The notes: generated by a model from the sequence alone, not told the origin. 64,000 nucleotides of DNA from an uncultured Bacteroidia bacterium (GCA_902800045.1 CADCCZ010000008.1:24325-88324), one strand, 5' to 3'. Positions 36,637-47,569 are shown, numbered from the stretch's first letter. Program-made: numbers and translations.

Positions 36637-38553
36637 TTAAATCTCATCTGCAGATATTGCCTTCAGTCCCGGCAACTCCTTACCCTCGATGTACTCGAGC
36701 AAAGCACCACCTGCTGTAGAAGCATAGCTAATCTTTTCGCTGAGGTTGAACTTGTTGAGTGCTGCAATGCTGTCGCCACCACCTACGAGGGTAAATGCAC
36801 CAAGTTCGGTAGCACGGCAAACTGCCAAAGCTACCTTCATCGTACCATTGCTGAAGTGTTCCATCTCGAACACACCCATAGGTCCGTTCCAAAGTATGGT
36901 CTTCGAGTTTTCAATAACCTCGGTGTAACGCTGTATTGTCTTCACACCCATATCCATGCCTTCCCAACCGTCGGGAACGTTGCGAACGTCGGCCATGTGT
37001 ATGTTGGCTTCGTTGTCGAACTTGTCACCAATCATGCAGTCAACCGGCAAATAAAGGTTTACATTCAACTTCTTTGCCATATCGAGGATTTCGTTTGCAA
37101 TAGGAATGCAATCGTCCTCAGCCAACGAACGACCAATATTTCCACCCATAGCCTTGATGAAAGTGTAGGAAATACCGCCACCGACAATCAGATTGTCGAC
37201 CTTGGTAATCAACGACTTGATAATGTCAATCTTGGTCGAAATCTTCGAACCGCCAACGATTGCCGTAACAGGCTTTTCGCCAGTGGTGAGCACCTTGTTG
37301 ATGTTGTTTACTTCGTTTTCAACCAAGTAACCGAGCATCTTGTCCTTCGGGAAATATTTTGCAACATAGTACGTCGAAGCGTGAGCGCGGTGAGCAGTAC
37401 CAAAGGCATCGTTTACGTAGCAGTCGCCATACGATGCGAGAGTCTTTACAAACTCCTTCTGCGACTCCTTTATAGCAGCCTTTGCAGCCTTCTTTTCCTC
37501 GTCGGAAGCGTCTTCGGCCAGACCACGTGGCTTGCCTTCCTCTTCGGCGTAGAAACGAAGGTTTTCGAGCAAGAGAACTTCGCCCGACTTCAGTGCAGCA
37601 GCTTGTGCCTGAGCCTTCTGGCAGTCGTCGGCAAACTGTACAGGAACACCGAGGCATTCGCTTACATGCTTAACAATGTGCTTGAGCGAGAACTTATTGT
37701 CAACCTTCTTGGGACGACCGAGGTGCGACATGATTATTACAGCGCCACCATCCTTCAAAATCTTCTTGATAGTCGGAACTTCGCAAACGATACGAGTATC
37801 ATCGGTAATGTTGAAGTTCTCGTCCAGCGGAACATTGAAATCGACGCGCAACAAAACCTTCTTGCCGTTGAAATTATACTTGTCGATAGTATAGCCATCC
37901 TTCGGTGCCTCATCGGTGTGTACGACCTTGCGTTCAGCCTTTTCAACCAACTTTCCGCCTTCGACGAAGAACATTCCGCCTTCGAGACCATAGCGCAAAA
38001 TTGCAGCCTTAGTATCGTCGCCGTCAACCATAGTTTTCAGTCCGTTGGCAGTGCCACGTGCAGCAGCGAGGGCGGTCTTGTAGGTTCCGTATGCGAAGTG
38101 CGGCATTTCGGTGTGACCAAGGGTGCCGTTCCAGATGAATGACTTTGCGCCTTCAATCTTCTCGGCAAAAATGTCAACGGTCTTAACGCCGATGTCCATG
38201 ATGAAGCGGCCTTCGGGAATTTCGTTGAGTTTAACATGTTCGATATTGGAATCGTTTTCGGGCTTGTCGGCAACGTAGCAGTCAACCGGCAGACAAATCT
38301 TTGCAGCATATTTTGCAAGGATTTCCTTTGCACGAGCAACACATTCGTCGCAGGTCTTCGAATTTCCGACGTTCATTCCGCTTGCCTTTGCAAAAGGAGC
38401 AACGAGTGCGCCGCCAACAAGAATCGTATCAACGCCCGATGCAATGCTTTCGATGGCTTCCATCTGTTCCTTTATCTTGTCGCCACCCAACAATACAGTA
38501 ATCGGATGCTCAGCATTCTGAAGCATCATTTTCAAGTTATTTTGCTTATCCAT
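36637..38553 (-). CDS. pgk: Phosphoglycerate kinase with an extra N-terminal degenerate PGK C-domain-like module (638 aa)
   Basis: Residues ~221-638 form a complete PGK ([23 protein letters not shown] ... GGSKISTKI ... WNGPMGVFE ... GGGDS). Residues 1-205 align to the PGK C-domain but have altered motifs. A TAnnTTTG box lies 31 nt upstream of ATG 38553. Confidence 0.9.
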   Translation of the reverse strand: MDKQNNLKMMLQNAEHPITVLLGGDKIKEQMEAIESIASGVDTILVGGALVAPFAKASGMNVGNSKTCDECVARAKEILAKYAAKICLPVDCYVADKPENDSNIEHVKLNEIPEGRFIMDIGVKTVDIFAEKIEGAKSFIWNGTLGHTEMPHFAYGTYKTALAAARGTANGLKTMVDGDDTKAAILRYGLEGGMFFVEGGKLVEKAERKVVHTDEAPKDGYTIDKYNFNGKKVLLRVDFNVPLDENFNITDDTRIVCEVPTIKKILKDGGAVIIMSHLGRPKKVDNKFSLKHIVKHVSECLGVPVQFADDCQKAQAQAAALKSGEVLLLENLRFYAEEEGKPRGLAEDASDEEKKAAKAAIKESQKEFVKTLASYGDCYVNDAFGTAHRAHASTYYVAKYFPKDKMLGYLVENEVNNINKVLTTGEKPVTAIVGGSKISTKIDIIKSLITKVDNLIVGGGISYTFIKAMGGNIGRSLAEDDCIPIANEILDMAKKLNVNLYLPVDCMIGDKFDNEANIHMADVRNVPDGWEGMDMGVKTIQRYTEVIENSKTILWNGPMGVFEMEHFSNGTMKVALAVCRATELGAFTLVGGGDSIAALNKFNLSEKISYASTAGGALLEYIEGKELPGLKAISADEI

Positions 38554-38584
38554 ATATAATATTTTTATTGTTTTTGTTATCCCA

Positions 38585-38592
38585 CAAACTTA
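38585..38592 (-). promoter_or_regulatory. Candidate -7 box TAAGTTTG (minus strand)
   Basis: 31 nt upstream of the long-form pgk ATG 38553. Confidence 0.5.
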
Positions 38593-38691
38593 ATAAAAAT
38601 TATTGGATGCACGAAATAAAATTATTGTTGTCTGCTAAATTGTGCGCTGTCACAGTTTTTGCAAGCTATCGCAGCAAAAACGTGCGCCAGC

Positions 38692-38748
38692 GCTTTCCCA
38701 CCGCAGCTACCGCTGCTACATATATGTGACCCCGCTGGGGTCGGTGAC
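38692..38748. repeat. 57-nt triple-palindrome element, copy 1
   Basis: Sequence gctttcccaccGCAGCtaccGCTGCtACATATATGTGACCCCgctGGGGTCggtga. A near-identical copy lies at 62189-62245. Confidence 0.8.
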
Positions 38749-39015
38749 AAGAATTTACCGCAATGTTGTTTAGAGATCGCGGATAGCAGTCTCCGCAACG
38801 CACCCCGTTCCGTATCGCGTGAATGTTTGCTTCGCAGATGCTATTTGCGCCTTAGCATAGCAAACAAGTTTGTTCTGCCTTCGGCTATAAAAGCATTTCG
38901 ACTAGCTTCCGCGATGACTGCAAGGGTGGGCTGTCGGTGTTTTGTTGTCCAAAGTTGTCCGTGTTGTCGTTTTATTCTTTTTTGCATGCCAGCGCGACCA
39001 ACAAGGAATCTACAC

Positions 39016-39043
39016 AAAAAAAGCCACCTCGAACGAAGTGGCT
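39016..39043 (-). terminator. Terminator after gcvH
   Basis: Stem agccacctc/gaagtggct (one mismatch). An A7 run on the plus strand gives a T7 tail on the minus strand. Confidence 0.7.
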
Positions 39044-39066
39044 TTCTCTAATTCCGTAGTGAATTA

Positions 39067-39447
39067 TTATTTCTTTGTCAATGCTTCGTAAGCTGCAGCA
39101 TCGAGAAGAGCGTTTGCTTGTGACGGGTCGGTCATTCTAATCTTAATCAACCAACCATTTTCGTAAGCGTCGTCCTTCAACATTTCAGGATTGTCAAGAG
39201 CGTCCTGGTTAACTTCGAGAACTTCGCCCGAAACTGGCATATAAACCTTCGATGCAACCTTTGATGCTTCGATAACACCAAATTCTTCACCCTTTTCAAG
39301 AGTTTCACCTTCAACCTCGATTTCAATGTAGATAAGGTCGTTCAATTCTGATACTGCGAAATCGGTAATACCAATGTAAGCTTCTTCGCCGTTTACGCGC
39401 AACCATTCGTGTGATTCTGCGTACTTTAATTCTTTTGGAAATGCCAT
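39067..39447 (-). CDS. gcvH: Glycine cleavage system protein H
   Basis: 126 aa with lipoyl-lysine context VIEASKVASKVYMPVSGEV and a typical start (YAESHEWLRV). Confidence 0.93.
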   Translation of the reverse strand: MAFPKELKYAESHEWLRVNGEEAYIGITDFAVSELNDLIYIEIEVEGETLEKGEEFGVIEASKVASKVYMPVSGEVLEVNQDALDNPEMLKDDAYENGWLIKIRMTDPSQANALLDAAAYEALTKK

Positions 39448-39485
39448 CTTTTATTTATTTTAATGTTAATACAAATTTTGTTCGC

Positions 39486-39493
39486 CAAAAATA
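39486..39493 (-). promoter_or_regulatory. Candidate -7 box TATTTTTG (minus strand)
   Basis: 38 nt upstream of the gcvH ATG 39447, between the sprA stop and gcvH. Confidence 0.4.
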
Positions 39494-39504
39494 ATACTAT
39501 TTTA

Positions 39505-42500
39505 TCATGTAGCAAGAGTAAATCTCAGCATAATGCCAACTTTTGCATTTACAGTCTTGAAAGCGGTACCCACAATAGGATCGTTAATGGTCTGGTCGTA
39601 GAACAGACTTACATTAAATCTATTGCTAAGTACATAATCTACAGATAGTTTCAAGGTATACATGATTGCTCCTGCCGTTGGCTGGTCCTGTGCCTCCTCA
39701 AGTTTCCTTATCATAGTAATCTGCTTACGGGTAGAGAAGTCCAGTCGCAAATTAAGGTCACTCTTAAGATTACGCTTACGTCCACCTACATTGAGAGTCA
39801 GTTCCACGTCCTTGAAACGGTAGCCTGCACCAATTACAAGCTCGTTGTTCTTGACTTCGGTAAGCTGGTTGTTCGAGAAACTCATGGTCAGGTTACGAGT
39901 CTTTCTTATCTCGACCTTGGCTGTAAGGCTGTTTACGAGCATCATATCGAACGAAATCAACGGACTCAACTGCTCGCTTATGCTTATGCCGTTTACAACA
40001 TAGCGCGAATAGAAATTGTCGAGAGCATCGCGTATCTGGTTAAGACCACTTTCGTCGGGGCTATATTCGTTCGATAGACGTGTCTGGAACGAACCAATGT
40101 TGTAGGTCGACCTGTACGAATGCTTTACACTTACCGAACGGAAAACCTTCTTGAGCTTCGGAATCTTGCCAAGTCCGTCGTACACAATTTGCCATTGCGG
40201 AAGTGCCGACCACAATCCTGGTATGGTATTCAAGGTTACCTTTTCGGGATCGGCTCCTGTATAGGCAGCAAAGAATGCCGGAATCAGAACATCCTGCGCG
40301 GTCTTGCCGAAACCATTCGGGAATCCGTCGGCATCGACATCCGACGCCGAATATCCCGGGCGCTGCTTAGCCAGACGCTCGGCAATTATAATTCTGTTTT
40401 CGGAGAATTTGGCAAAGGTCTCCGATACATAATTTTCGGACTTGAACTTCTCGAAAGCCGACTTTATTGTTATTGTCGACATCGAGAACGTACCTGTCAT
40501 CGATGGGTTGAGTCCCTTGAACGAACCTACACCTGTTTCGGAATCAAAGCTATACCTATAATATTTGGTATTATTCTCGGAATAATTGTGCAGCATGGTA
40601 AGGTCGATCTTAAGGTCGCGTACTGGCTCGAGCGAAGCGCGGAAGTTCCAGTTGCGCGAATGGTTCTGAGTATATGCCTGAACCACTGCAGTATCCTTTG
40701 TAACAAGGCTGTGTTCGCATGCCCATTCGCCAAAGTCCTTTACTTGCCAGCCAATGACAAACGGGAATGTTGGCGCTATCACCGACGGCTGTTCGCCAAA
40801 CATGGCCACATCGGGCGTGTATTTCGACATACCTATCAGCTTGGTCTTGCCCATGTATCCCGGCAACAAGGTTCCGTTTGTTTCGCTCAAGTTGGCCGAA
40901 ACCGTCTTCACGCTCATGAGCACAACAAGCATATTGTCGACAATCTTCTTGAATACCGAATCCTTCTTGTCGCGCTTTCCGGTTACAACAACCTTTGCCC
41001 CTTCGACATCCTTTTCTACGGTAAACGAAAGCTTGTTCTCGTCGATTACCTCTATCTCCGACTTCACTGGGCGACCCTTGTCATCGGTAACTTTTATCGA
41101 AACAGTCTTTGTCTTAAGTTTGTGGTTTACAGTCTTTTTCTTCCCAGCAGTAAGTTTTCCGACGTTATCTTCGAATGTGACGGTTTCAACTTCTTTCTTC
41201 TTGTTCGAAGCTCGTCCCCTATACTTATTATTTACTTCCTTCAGGTACTTGACCTTGTTGTATAGGTTAAGAAGGTTGAACTGCGTACTTGCCGACATGG
41301 TATTTGCATTCTGCACGGTATTACCGATATTCAACGTATCGGCTGTTATCGCACCAGCTGTCCAGTTGTACGAACCCTGGTACCTTACACTTGCCGAAAT
41401 CCAGTCGAAGATAGGTATCTTGTTGATTGGCAAGGTATACGACAAACTCCATTGCTGGTAGAAACTTGTATTTCTACCCAACTTCTTGAAATTCTTCCAG
41501 ATGGAATCCATCTTCTGCTCATAATCGGCATCACCCTTGTAAAGTCGGCCTTCGGGTTCGTCGATACGGGCATTGTTGGTTGCCGTATATTCAAACTTGA
41601 GAGCCTTGGTGATGTTATACTTGAAGTCGTACTGACGAATAAGCGTAAAGTCCTTGATAACACTTATTGGCAAAGCGTACGACGGATCGTAAACGTTTCG
41701 TATCTGGGTTTCGCCGTACTGACGGTTGAGGTTGGTACGGAACGACAACTGCGACGGCAGATAGTAGAAGTTGAAGTCGTGCAATATCTTGAAGGCCTTC
41801 TTCTTGAATAGCTTTACGTTCTTGAACGGCTCAACAATTTTAGGAGTTGCATTGTAGTTGTAGAAAATAGAAGCCGAATGTGTAATATTGGTGCGGAATA
41901 CGGTGTTGGGGTCGCGCTGGTAAACATTGTTGTAACCGTAGCTCAACGACCAGTTCGACAGGTTGTAAATATGCGGCTTCTGACCCTGCTTGCCATTGAC
42001 CTTCACGTTTGTAAGGTTAACGCTGGTTCGCTTCACATAGTCCTGCGACAAGTGCTTTATACTGTCCTTGTATTCCTTTGGTATGTCGGGATTCTTGAGC
42101 GTATTCTTCATAAGCACATCGGGACTCAACGGGTCGTACTCTGGATTCGACACATTCTCCGACACGGCAACATACAACGGGATTCTGACATTGAACCTTT
42201 CGGGGAAGAACTTTCCGAATTCGAAGCTCGACGAGAAGTCGTACTGGTAAATCTCCTCAGTCAGACGTTCCTTGATTGTCGAGTTCAAAGCACCGAAGCC
42301 AGGCTTCTTTGTTGTTCCCGAAAGTGTTACGGTTCCGAAGTCGGCAAGTTTTGCAGTAGCGCGAGCTGTAGCTGCCCAACCGCCTTTTTCGTTGAAGTTG
42401 GTAAGCCTCAATTCGTTTACCCAAACTTCGGCACTCTTTGGCTGACCGTCGTCGGCACCATTGAGAGTAACCTGCTTAGGATTGCGCACACCAATCATTA

Positions 42501-45500
42501 TAGTCTGTACATTCGACAGATTAGGATTACCCATTACGCTTATCCTACCGCGCTCGTTCATTTCGTAATACAGCTTGGTAAGGCCAACGTTCTGGTTGCC
42601 GAGACGAATAAGTTCGTTACGGTTTTCCTTGACCTTGGTAAGGTCTTCGAACAATATATTGATGTCGTTCTCTTCAGGCCATACTACATATCTGTCGGGA
42701 GATTCCTCGTTATCGCCAGAATAATAGCCCGGAGGCGTTACCTTCAGCGGAACTTCGTACTCGTAGTAGTTGTTCTTGTAGTCGGTACCCAGCCTTACAA
42801 AGATACTAACGTCGCCATCCTTGATTTCGGGCTTGTCGACAAGCGACTCGACATGGACAAACATCTGCATCTTCAGGTATTTCCTTACATCGAGGTAAAC
42901 ATTTTTGTAGACAGCCCTTGCATCACCGTCGGCAAGGTCGATGACCTTGATGGTCATAGCCTGTTCGTTGAGCTGCTGGAACTGCGGATTCATGGTGTTC
43001 TGTTCGCGGGTGACACCCGGAGGCAAAATGTAGTTTACAGGACTGCGATTTGCATTCTCCTCGATGTTCACCGCCGAAACGTCGAACGAAGTATTTTCGA
43101 GTTCCTCGACAACATATTCGCCTGGCTGCATGAACGAATCGTCGTATTTGCGCCATTCGCCGCGAACGAGGTCAAGAGTTCCGAAACGAAGGCAGGTTGT
43201 AGTGTCGAAGTTGGTCATGAAGATTCTCATGAAACGTATCGACTTAAAATCGGATATAGAACCGATCTTCCTTGTATATTCCGAAATAGGAATTTTGAAC
43301 TGATACCACGATACTTGCGAAGTTTCATCGTTGGCAAGAGTTACACTTACAGTTGTCTTGTCGGCAATATAGTTCTGACCGACAACGAGGTCCTGAGGAC
43401 GAATACTTACGCGGTACTGGAAGAAGTTTTCCGATTCGCTCAAGGTATTGTCGCGGTTAATATCCTCGACATCGGGAGTTGTTGTAGCGTTTGTTATGTA
43501 CGTCTCGGTCTGGTATTCGCGCGGTATCGAGTTGCCTTCCAAGCCGTTGTAATACTTGTATCGTCTAAGAATATTATATCCCTGCTCGTTGTAGTCGGAG
43601 CCTTTGTAATGATGGAAATTATCTGACGACGGGTCAGCAAGAGCCATCTGGTAGGCTTCGGAATTTTCGCCGAACATAGTTTTTACCTGCTCAAGGTATT
43701 CGTTGAAGAATGTCTGTTCGTTTTCAGTGTTCAAACCGTCGAAACCAACGTCCTGAGCAAAACGTATTTCGGCAGAGTTGTCGAATGCGCTTACAAGGGC
43801 CTGCGAACTTGGTACGAGACCCCAGACCGTAGTGTCGACCGGATTTTCGAGCGACGGAGCCGGCAGACCTTGCTCAAACGACTTACGTCCATCCTTAAGT
43901 ATATCTTCGCTCACATCGCCGAGGTTGAAGTACAAATCGCCACCAGGGTTGGTCGAATCCTCGACAAACGGGTCCATCATCCAGAACTCGATGTATTCGA
44001 TGTTTGCATCCTCGAAGTCGGTTGTTGTAAGCTGACGCTGGATACCGCCCCAACGTTTGCGCGGATTTTCGAGATGTCCCGTCGCATCCATACCTTCCAC
44101 ATCGTAGTTGTACGGACCTTTTTCGTTAGGATAGAAAACCATGTTGAGCGGAGCAAGGTTCTTCGGTATATTGGCAGTCTCGCTGTCGCGATTCGGGAAA
44201 AGTTCCTTTTCGTAAACAAGACGTGTATAATGGCTCGACCTATCCTCGATACTCAACGGAGAATTGCTCTCGTGCAAAGTCTGGTCGACAACAAACCACG
44301 ACAGCAAACCTCTGTTCTTTCCATAATTCAGATTGTTTATCAGCGAACTTTCGGGGAACAACAGCGAATCGGTCGGCGTGCTTGCAAGCGACCAGCTCAT
44401 GAAGCTCTTTATATCGTTGGTAATCTTCGAACTTTCGAAATCGTCGATGTAAGCAGCGCCCTCCTTGCCTATTGCCTTCGAGTGACCTGGAATAAGCTGG
44501 GCAAACTCCGCATTGAAAGTTATGGTCGACATTTCCTTGGTCTGCAGCAATGGCAGGAAATCGATTGCCTTGGTAAGGAAAGGTACATCGGTTCGATACG
44601 ACATGTTTGCGCCCCAGATGGTATTCGACAGCGGTTCTTCGCCAATATTAACCTTGGGGGTCATTGGCTTTTCCTTCAAATGCAATATTGTGGCTCCGAT
44701 GTTGAAGTTGTTGGAAAAATCGTAGTTGGCATGCAAGCCTGTGAGAACTTTTGTCTGCATGGTTCCCACCGAATTGCTCTCAAGGTTAATCGATATTGGA
44801 GTTCCTGCCTCCAGAATGCCCTGATTCAATATTTTTACCCTACCGAGGTTATAATCAACGGTATAGTCGACATTTTCGACCAGCAAAGTGGAACCTGCAG
44901 TAACAGAAACGCTACCCTGCGGCACATTGATTGCGTTGAGCGATATTTCGCTGCTGCTGTTCGACTTGTAGCGTCCCTTCAGTTTAAACTTGTTCTTCTC
45001 GGCCAACTGCTGAGCCTTGCTCTTGGTACTATCGTACAATTCGGGGAAGACGTATCCCTCGGCTACATTGGCAAGTGCACTGTTTCCTCCCGTAATCTTT
45101 TCGTACAAGTACGAACCAAATGGTTCACGCACAGGGAAAATAATTCGTCCGCCCGACGAACTAATGGTAAAATTCTCAACGTAGTCGAACATTCCATCGG
45201 GATATGGGTCGTTCTGGCTGTTGAGATTATCGAGACCCATCACGTGGAGCAACTGAATGCTGTCGATAGCACCTGCCGGAATATACGTGAGGTCGGTACC
45301 GGTCTTGTCGTTGGTGTAAAGAATGTCGAGAGTAAAGTCGTCGCGCGTAATCTGGTATGCTCCGATGTTGTATATGTTCTTCATCATGAGGTCCCAGTTC
45401 TTCTTGCTTGGCGTGAACGAAGTTCCTTTCAGCAACTTGACTACCAAAGTCTGCGGAGCCGCTATTGCCGAATTGGAGAATTCACCTACCGTATAGACCT

Positions 45501-46971
45501 CACCGTTGACCGTATATTCGTATGCTACAGCCAAAACCTGGTCGGCATTGAGCTTGGTGTTGAGCGAAATGTAACCGAGCTGTGAGTTAAGGGTATATTC
45601 CGAAGAACTCAGCAGACGTGCCGACTCAATCTTTTCGAAATCGGTACCTCCCGACATCTGCAAGTTCTGCAATACGCTGCTTACCATGTTTATGTCCCTG
45701 ATGTCTGGATAATCCTCTGCTATGTTACCGAGAATATTGATATTGTTGGCAGGAGGATAAGTTGTAAAATTGGTGAACGAATTTCCCACATACAACGACT
45801 GAATGTCGTTGCTGTTCGATTCGCCAAGGTCGACAAGAGCTATAATATTGCGGGCATCGGTATAGTTTCCAGTCTTGTTGGTAATCCAGACTTCCACGCG
45901 GTTAATAGTAATACCGCTTGTAATTACGGGCAGATTAGCCATCGAGCGGTCGTAGTTCTCCTTGAAGTAGTGCGACAGGAAGAAGTGCTTGTTTTCCTCG
46001 TAGTTGTCGGCCTTTACTTCGAAATCCTTTGTTGTACTACCGCCCTCGACATTTATCGTCGATGTTTCGCTCTTCTTCTGCGACAGCAAACCTGTAAGTG
46101 TAAGTTTACCGAATTTAAGTTCTGTCTTTACACCGAAAAGGCTCTGGCTTCCCTGAATAAGGGTTCCCGTAAGCGGAAGCGAAACATTACCAGCCTCTAT
46201 TTTCTGGATGATTTCGTCGTCGTCGCCAGTATATTCAATCTTCACATTGTTTTCGAAATCGAACGAAGCTTCGGTATCATACGAAATATTGACTTTCAGC
46301 TTTGTACCTACCTGACCGACGACGTTCATCTGTATTTTCTCGTCGAAGTCGAGGTTAATCTGACGTTGCTGCTTGCTGTCGAGCGCGGGGTTGTCGGTAC
46401 GGCTGTACTCGAGTCCGAGAGTAAGTTCGGCCGAGCCTTGCGGCTTAATGTCGATGACGTTGCCACCGAAAATACGGTCGAAAATTTCACCGCCGACTTC
46501 GAGATGAGGAATCAAGTTGGTATTCAACTCCTGGTTCTGCTCGCGGTTTTTCTTTGCACGCTGGTGCCAGTACGAGTTCATTGCCTTCTCGAAATTGTAG
46601 TTCACGTAATCGTCGAACGGCATGCTATATGGTGTACCTATCGGCATTCCATCGACGTTCTTCTGGAAGTTGTAGCTATCGGTTTCGGGGTCGTACTCGA
46701 CAGATGTGCTTACATTCGACGGGTCGGAGCCATAGAGAGGGCTGTTGTCGGTATTGTCGGACGGATTTACGTTCTGCTTTGGCAAAGGGAACTTTGCGTT
46801 GCCCTCGTTCTTGGTGGTATCGTCGTCGGGACCAGGCACTTCCGACATTGCTTTCAACGACGGATAATGCCCTCTACTGCCATTCTTGGCATTAGACGGC
46901 ACAAAGGCTACAACCATCATCGCAGCCATAAGCCCACCGACAAACGTATATTTTAATATCCTACCGAACAA
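39505..46971 (-). CDS. sprA: T9SS outer-membrane translocon SprA/Sov
   Basis: 2488 aa, signal-bearing, very large beta-barrel-type protein. Size and sequence character match SprA/Sov. It lies immediately downstream of ruvA, as in other Bacteroidota I recall. Confidence 0.88.
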   Translation of the reverse strand: MFGRILKYTFVGGLMAAMMVVAFVPSNAKNGSRGHYPSLKAMSEVPGPDDDTTKNEGNAKFPLPKQNVNPSDNTDNSPLYGSDPSNVSTSVEYDPETDSYNFQKNVDGMPIGTPYSMPFDDYVNYNFEKAMNSYWHQRAKKNREQNQELNTNLIPHLEVGGEIFDRIFGGNVIDIKPQGSAELTLGLEYSRTDNPALDSKQQRQINLDFDEKIQMNVVGQVGTKLKVNISYDTEASFDFENNVKIEYTGDDDEIIQKIEAGNVSLPLTGTLIQGSQSLFGVKTELKFGKLTLTGLLSQKKSETSTINVEGGSTTKDFEVKADNYEENKHFFLSHYFKENYDRSMANLPVITSGITINRVEVWITNKTGNYTDARNIIALVDLGESNSNDIQSLYVGNSFTNFTTYPPANNINILGNIAEDYPDIRDINMVSSVLQNLQMSGGTDFEKIESARLLSSSEYTLNSQLGYISLNTKLNADQVLAVAYEYTVNGEVYTVGEFSNSAIAAPQTLVVKLLKGTSFTPSKKNWDLMMKNIYNIGAYQITRDDFTLDILYTNDKTGTDLTYIPAGAIDSIQLLHVMGLDNLNSQNDPYPDGMFDYVENFTISSSGGRIIFPVREPFGSYLYEKITGGNSALANVAEGYVFPELYDSTKSKAQQLAEKNKFKLKGRYKSNSSSEISLNAINVPQGSVSVTAGSTLLVENVDYTVDYNLGRVKILNQGILEAGTPISINLESNSVGTMQTKVLTGLHANYDFSNNFNIGATILHLKEKPMTPKVNIGEEPLSNTIWGANMSYRTDVPFLTKAIDFLPLLQTKEMSTITFNAEFAQLIPGHSKAIGKEGAAYIDDFESSKITNDIKSFMSWSLASTPTDSLLFPESSLINNLNYGKNRGLLSWFVVDQTLHESNSPLSIEDRSSHYTRLVYEKELFPNRDSETANIPKNLAPLNMVFYPNEKGPYNYDVEGMDATGHLENPRKRWGGIQRQLTTTDFEDANIEYIEFWMMDPFVEDSTNPGGDLYFNLGDVSEDILKDGRKSFEQGLPAPSLENPVDTTVWGLVPSSQALVSAFDNSAEIRFAQDVGFDGLNTENEQTFFNEYLEQVKTMFGENSEAYQMALADPSSDNFHHYKGSDYNEQGYNILRRYKYYNGLEGNSIPREYQTETYITNATTTPDVEDINRDNTLSESENFFQYRVSIRPQDLVVGQNYIADKTTVSVTLANDETSQVSWYQFKIPISEYTRKIGSISDFKSIRFMRIFMTNFDTTTCLRFGTLDLVRGEWRKYDDSFMQPGEYVVEELENTSFDVSAVNIEENANRSPVNYILPPGVTREQNTMNPQFQQLNEQAMTIKVIDLADGDARAVYKNVYLDVRKYLKMQMFVHVESLVDKPEIKDGDVSIFVRLGTDYKNNYYEYEVPLKVTPPGYYSGDNEESPDRYVVWPEENDINILFEDLTKVKENRNELIRLGNQNVGLTKLYYEMNERGRISVMGNPNLSNVQTIMIGVRNPKQVTLNGADDGQPKSAEVWVNELRLTNFNEKGGWAATARATAKLADFGTVTLSGTTKKPGFGALNSTIKERLTEEIYQYDFSSSFEFGKFFPERFNVRIPLYVAVSENVSNPEYDPLSPDVLMKNTLKNPDIPKEYKDSIKHLSQDYVKRTSVNLTNVKVNGKQGQKPHIYNLSNWSLSYGYNNVYQRDPNTVFRTNITHSASIFYNYNATPKIVEPFKNVKLFKKKAFKILHDFNFYYLPSQLSFRTNLNRQYGETQIRNVYDPSYALPISVIKDFTLIRQYDFKYNITKALKFEYTATNNARIDEPEGRLYKGDADYEQKMDSIWKNFKKLGRNTSFYQQWSLSYTLPINKIPIFDWISASVRYQGSYNWTAGAITADTLNIGNTVQNANTMSASTQFNLLNLYNKVKYLKEVNNKYRGRASNKKKEVETVTFEDNVGKLTAGKKKTVNHKLKTKTVSIKVTDDKGRPVKSEIEVIDENKLSFTVEKDVEGAKVVVTGKRDKKDSVFKKIVDNMLVVLMSVKTVSANLSETNGTLLPGYMGKTKLIGMSKYTPDVAMFGEQPSVIAPTFPFVIGWQVKDFGEWACEHSLVTKDTAVVQAYTQNHSRNWNFRASLEPVRDLKIDLTMLHNYSENNTKYYRYSFDSETGVGSFKGLNPSMTGTFSMSTITIKSAFEKFKSENYVSETFAKFSENRIIIAERLAKQRPGYSASDVDADGFPNGFGKTAQDVLIPAFFAAYTGADPEKVTLNTIPGLWSALPQWQIVYDGLGKIPKLKKVFRSVSVKHSYRSTYNIGSFQTRLSNEYSPDESGLNQIRDALDNFYSRYVVNGISISEQLSPLISFDMMLVNSLTAKVEIRKTRNLTMSFSNNQLTEVKNNELVIGAGYRFKDVELTLNVGGRKRNLKSDLNLRLDFSTRKQITMIRKLEEAQDQPTAGAIMYTLKLSVDYVLSNRFNVSLFYDQTINDPIVGTAFKTVNAKVGIMLRFTLAT

Positions 46972-46981
46972 GATACAAATT

Positions 46982-47569
46982 CTACAAATAATTCAACGCC
47001 AACTTGATAACTGTCTCGAGAGAAGCATCTGGCTTTTCTTTCAACACCTTGTCAAGCACTTTTTCTACCGCTGCCTTCGCAAAGCCAAGGGTGGTTAAGG
47101 TTAATAACGCATCTTTCTTGATTGTATTGTCCGAAGCAGCAAAAATTTCTGCACTATCGAATTCACCCGATGTATTCACCTTATCCTTGAGGTCGAGAAT
47201 AATACGCTGCGCAGTCTTTGCTCCGATGCCCTTCACACCTTTCAACTTTACCAGATTCTCGCTGAGTATTGCGTTTGTAAGGTCTTGCGGCGTAAGCGAC
47301 GACAATATCAGACGAGCAGTATTTGGTCCTACTCCGTTTACCGAAATCAGAAGGCGGAAAAGTTCGCGCTCCACCTTGGTGACAAAGCCAAACAACAGAT
47401 GAGCATCCTCGCGAACTACCTGATGCAGATATAGTTGTGCCTGTGCTCCCTGCGTTAAAGCCGAATACGAAGTAAGGCTTATATTGACAAAGTAGCCTAT
47501 GCCCCCAGCCTCCACAACTGCGTATGCAGGATTGAGCTCAGCCACATTGCCTTTGATATATTCGTACAT
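46982..47569 (-). CDS. ruvA: Holliday junction branch migration complex subunit RuvA
   Basis: 195 aa. Starts MYEYIKGNV..AVVEAGGIGY and has the HhH region (LISVNGVGPNTARLILS, LKGVKGIGAKTAQRIILDL). Confidence 0.93.
   Translation of the reverse strand: MYEYIKGNVAELNPAYAVVEAGGIGYFVNISLTSYSALTQGAQAQLYLHQVVREDAHLLFGFVTKVERELFRLLISVNGVGPNTARLILSSLTPQDLTNAILSENLVKLKGVKGIGAKTAQRIILDLKDKVNTSGEFDSAEIFAASDNTIKKDALLTLTTLGFAKAAVEKVLDKVLKEKPDASLETVIKLALNYL

Noticed and set aside
38659-39051. 130-aa ORF between gcvH and pgk.
   Set aside because: It is composed of repeat modules (the 57-nt palindrome element and a GTTGTC word arm) and spans the gcvH terminator. It has no protein-like features.
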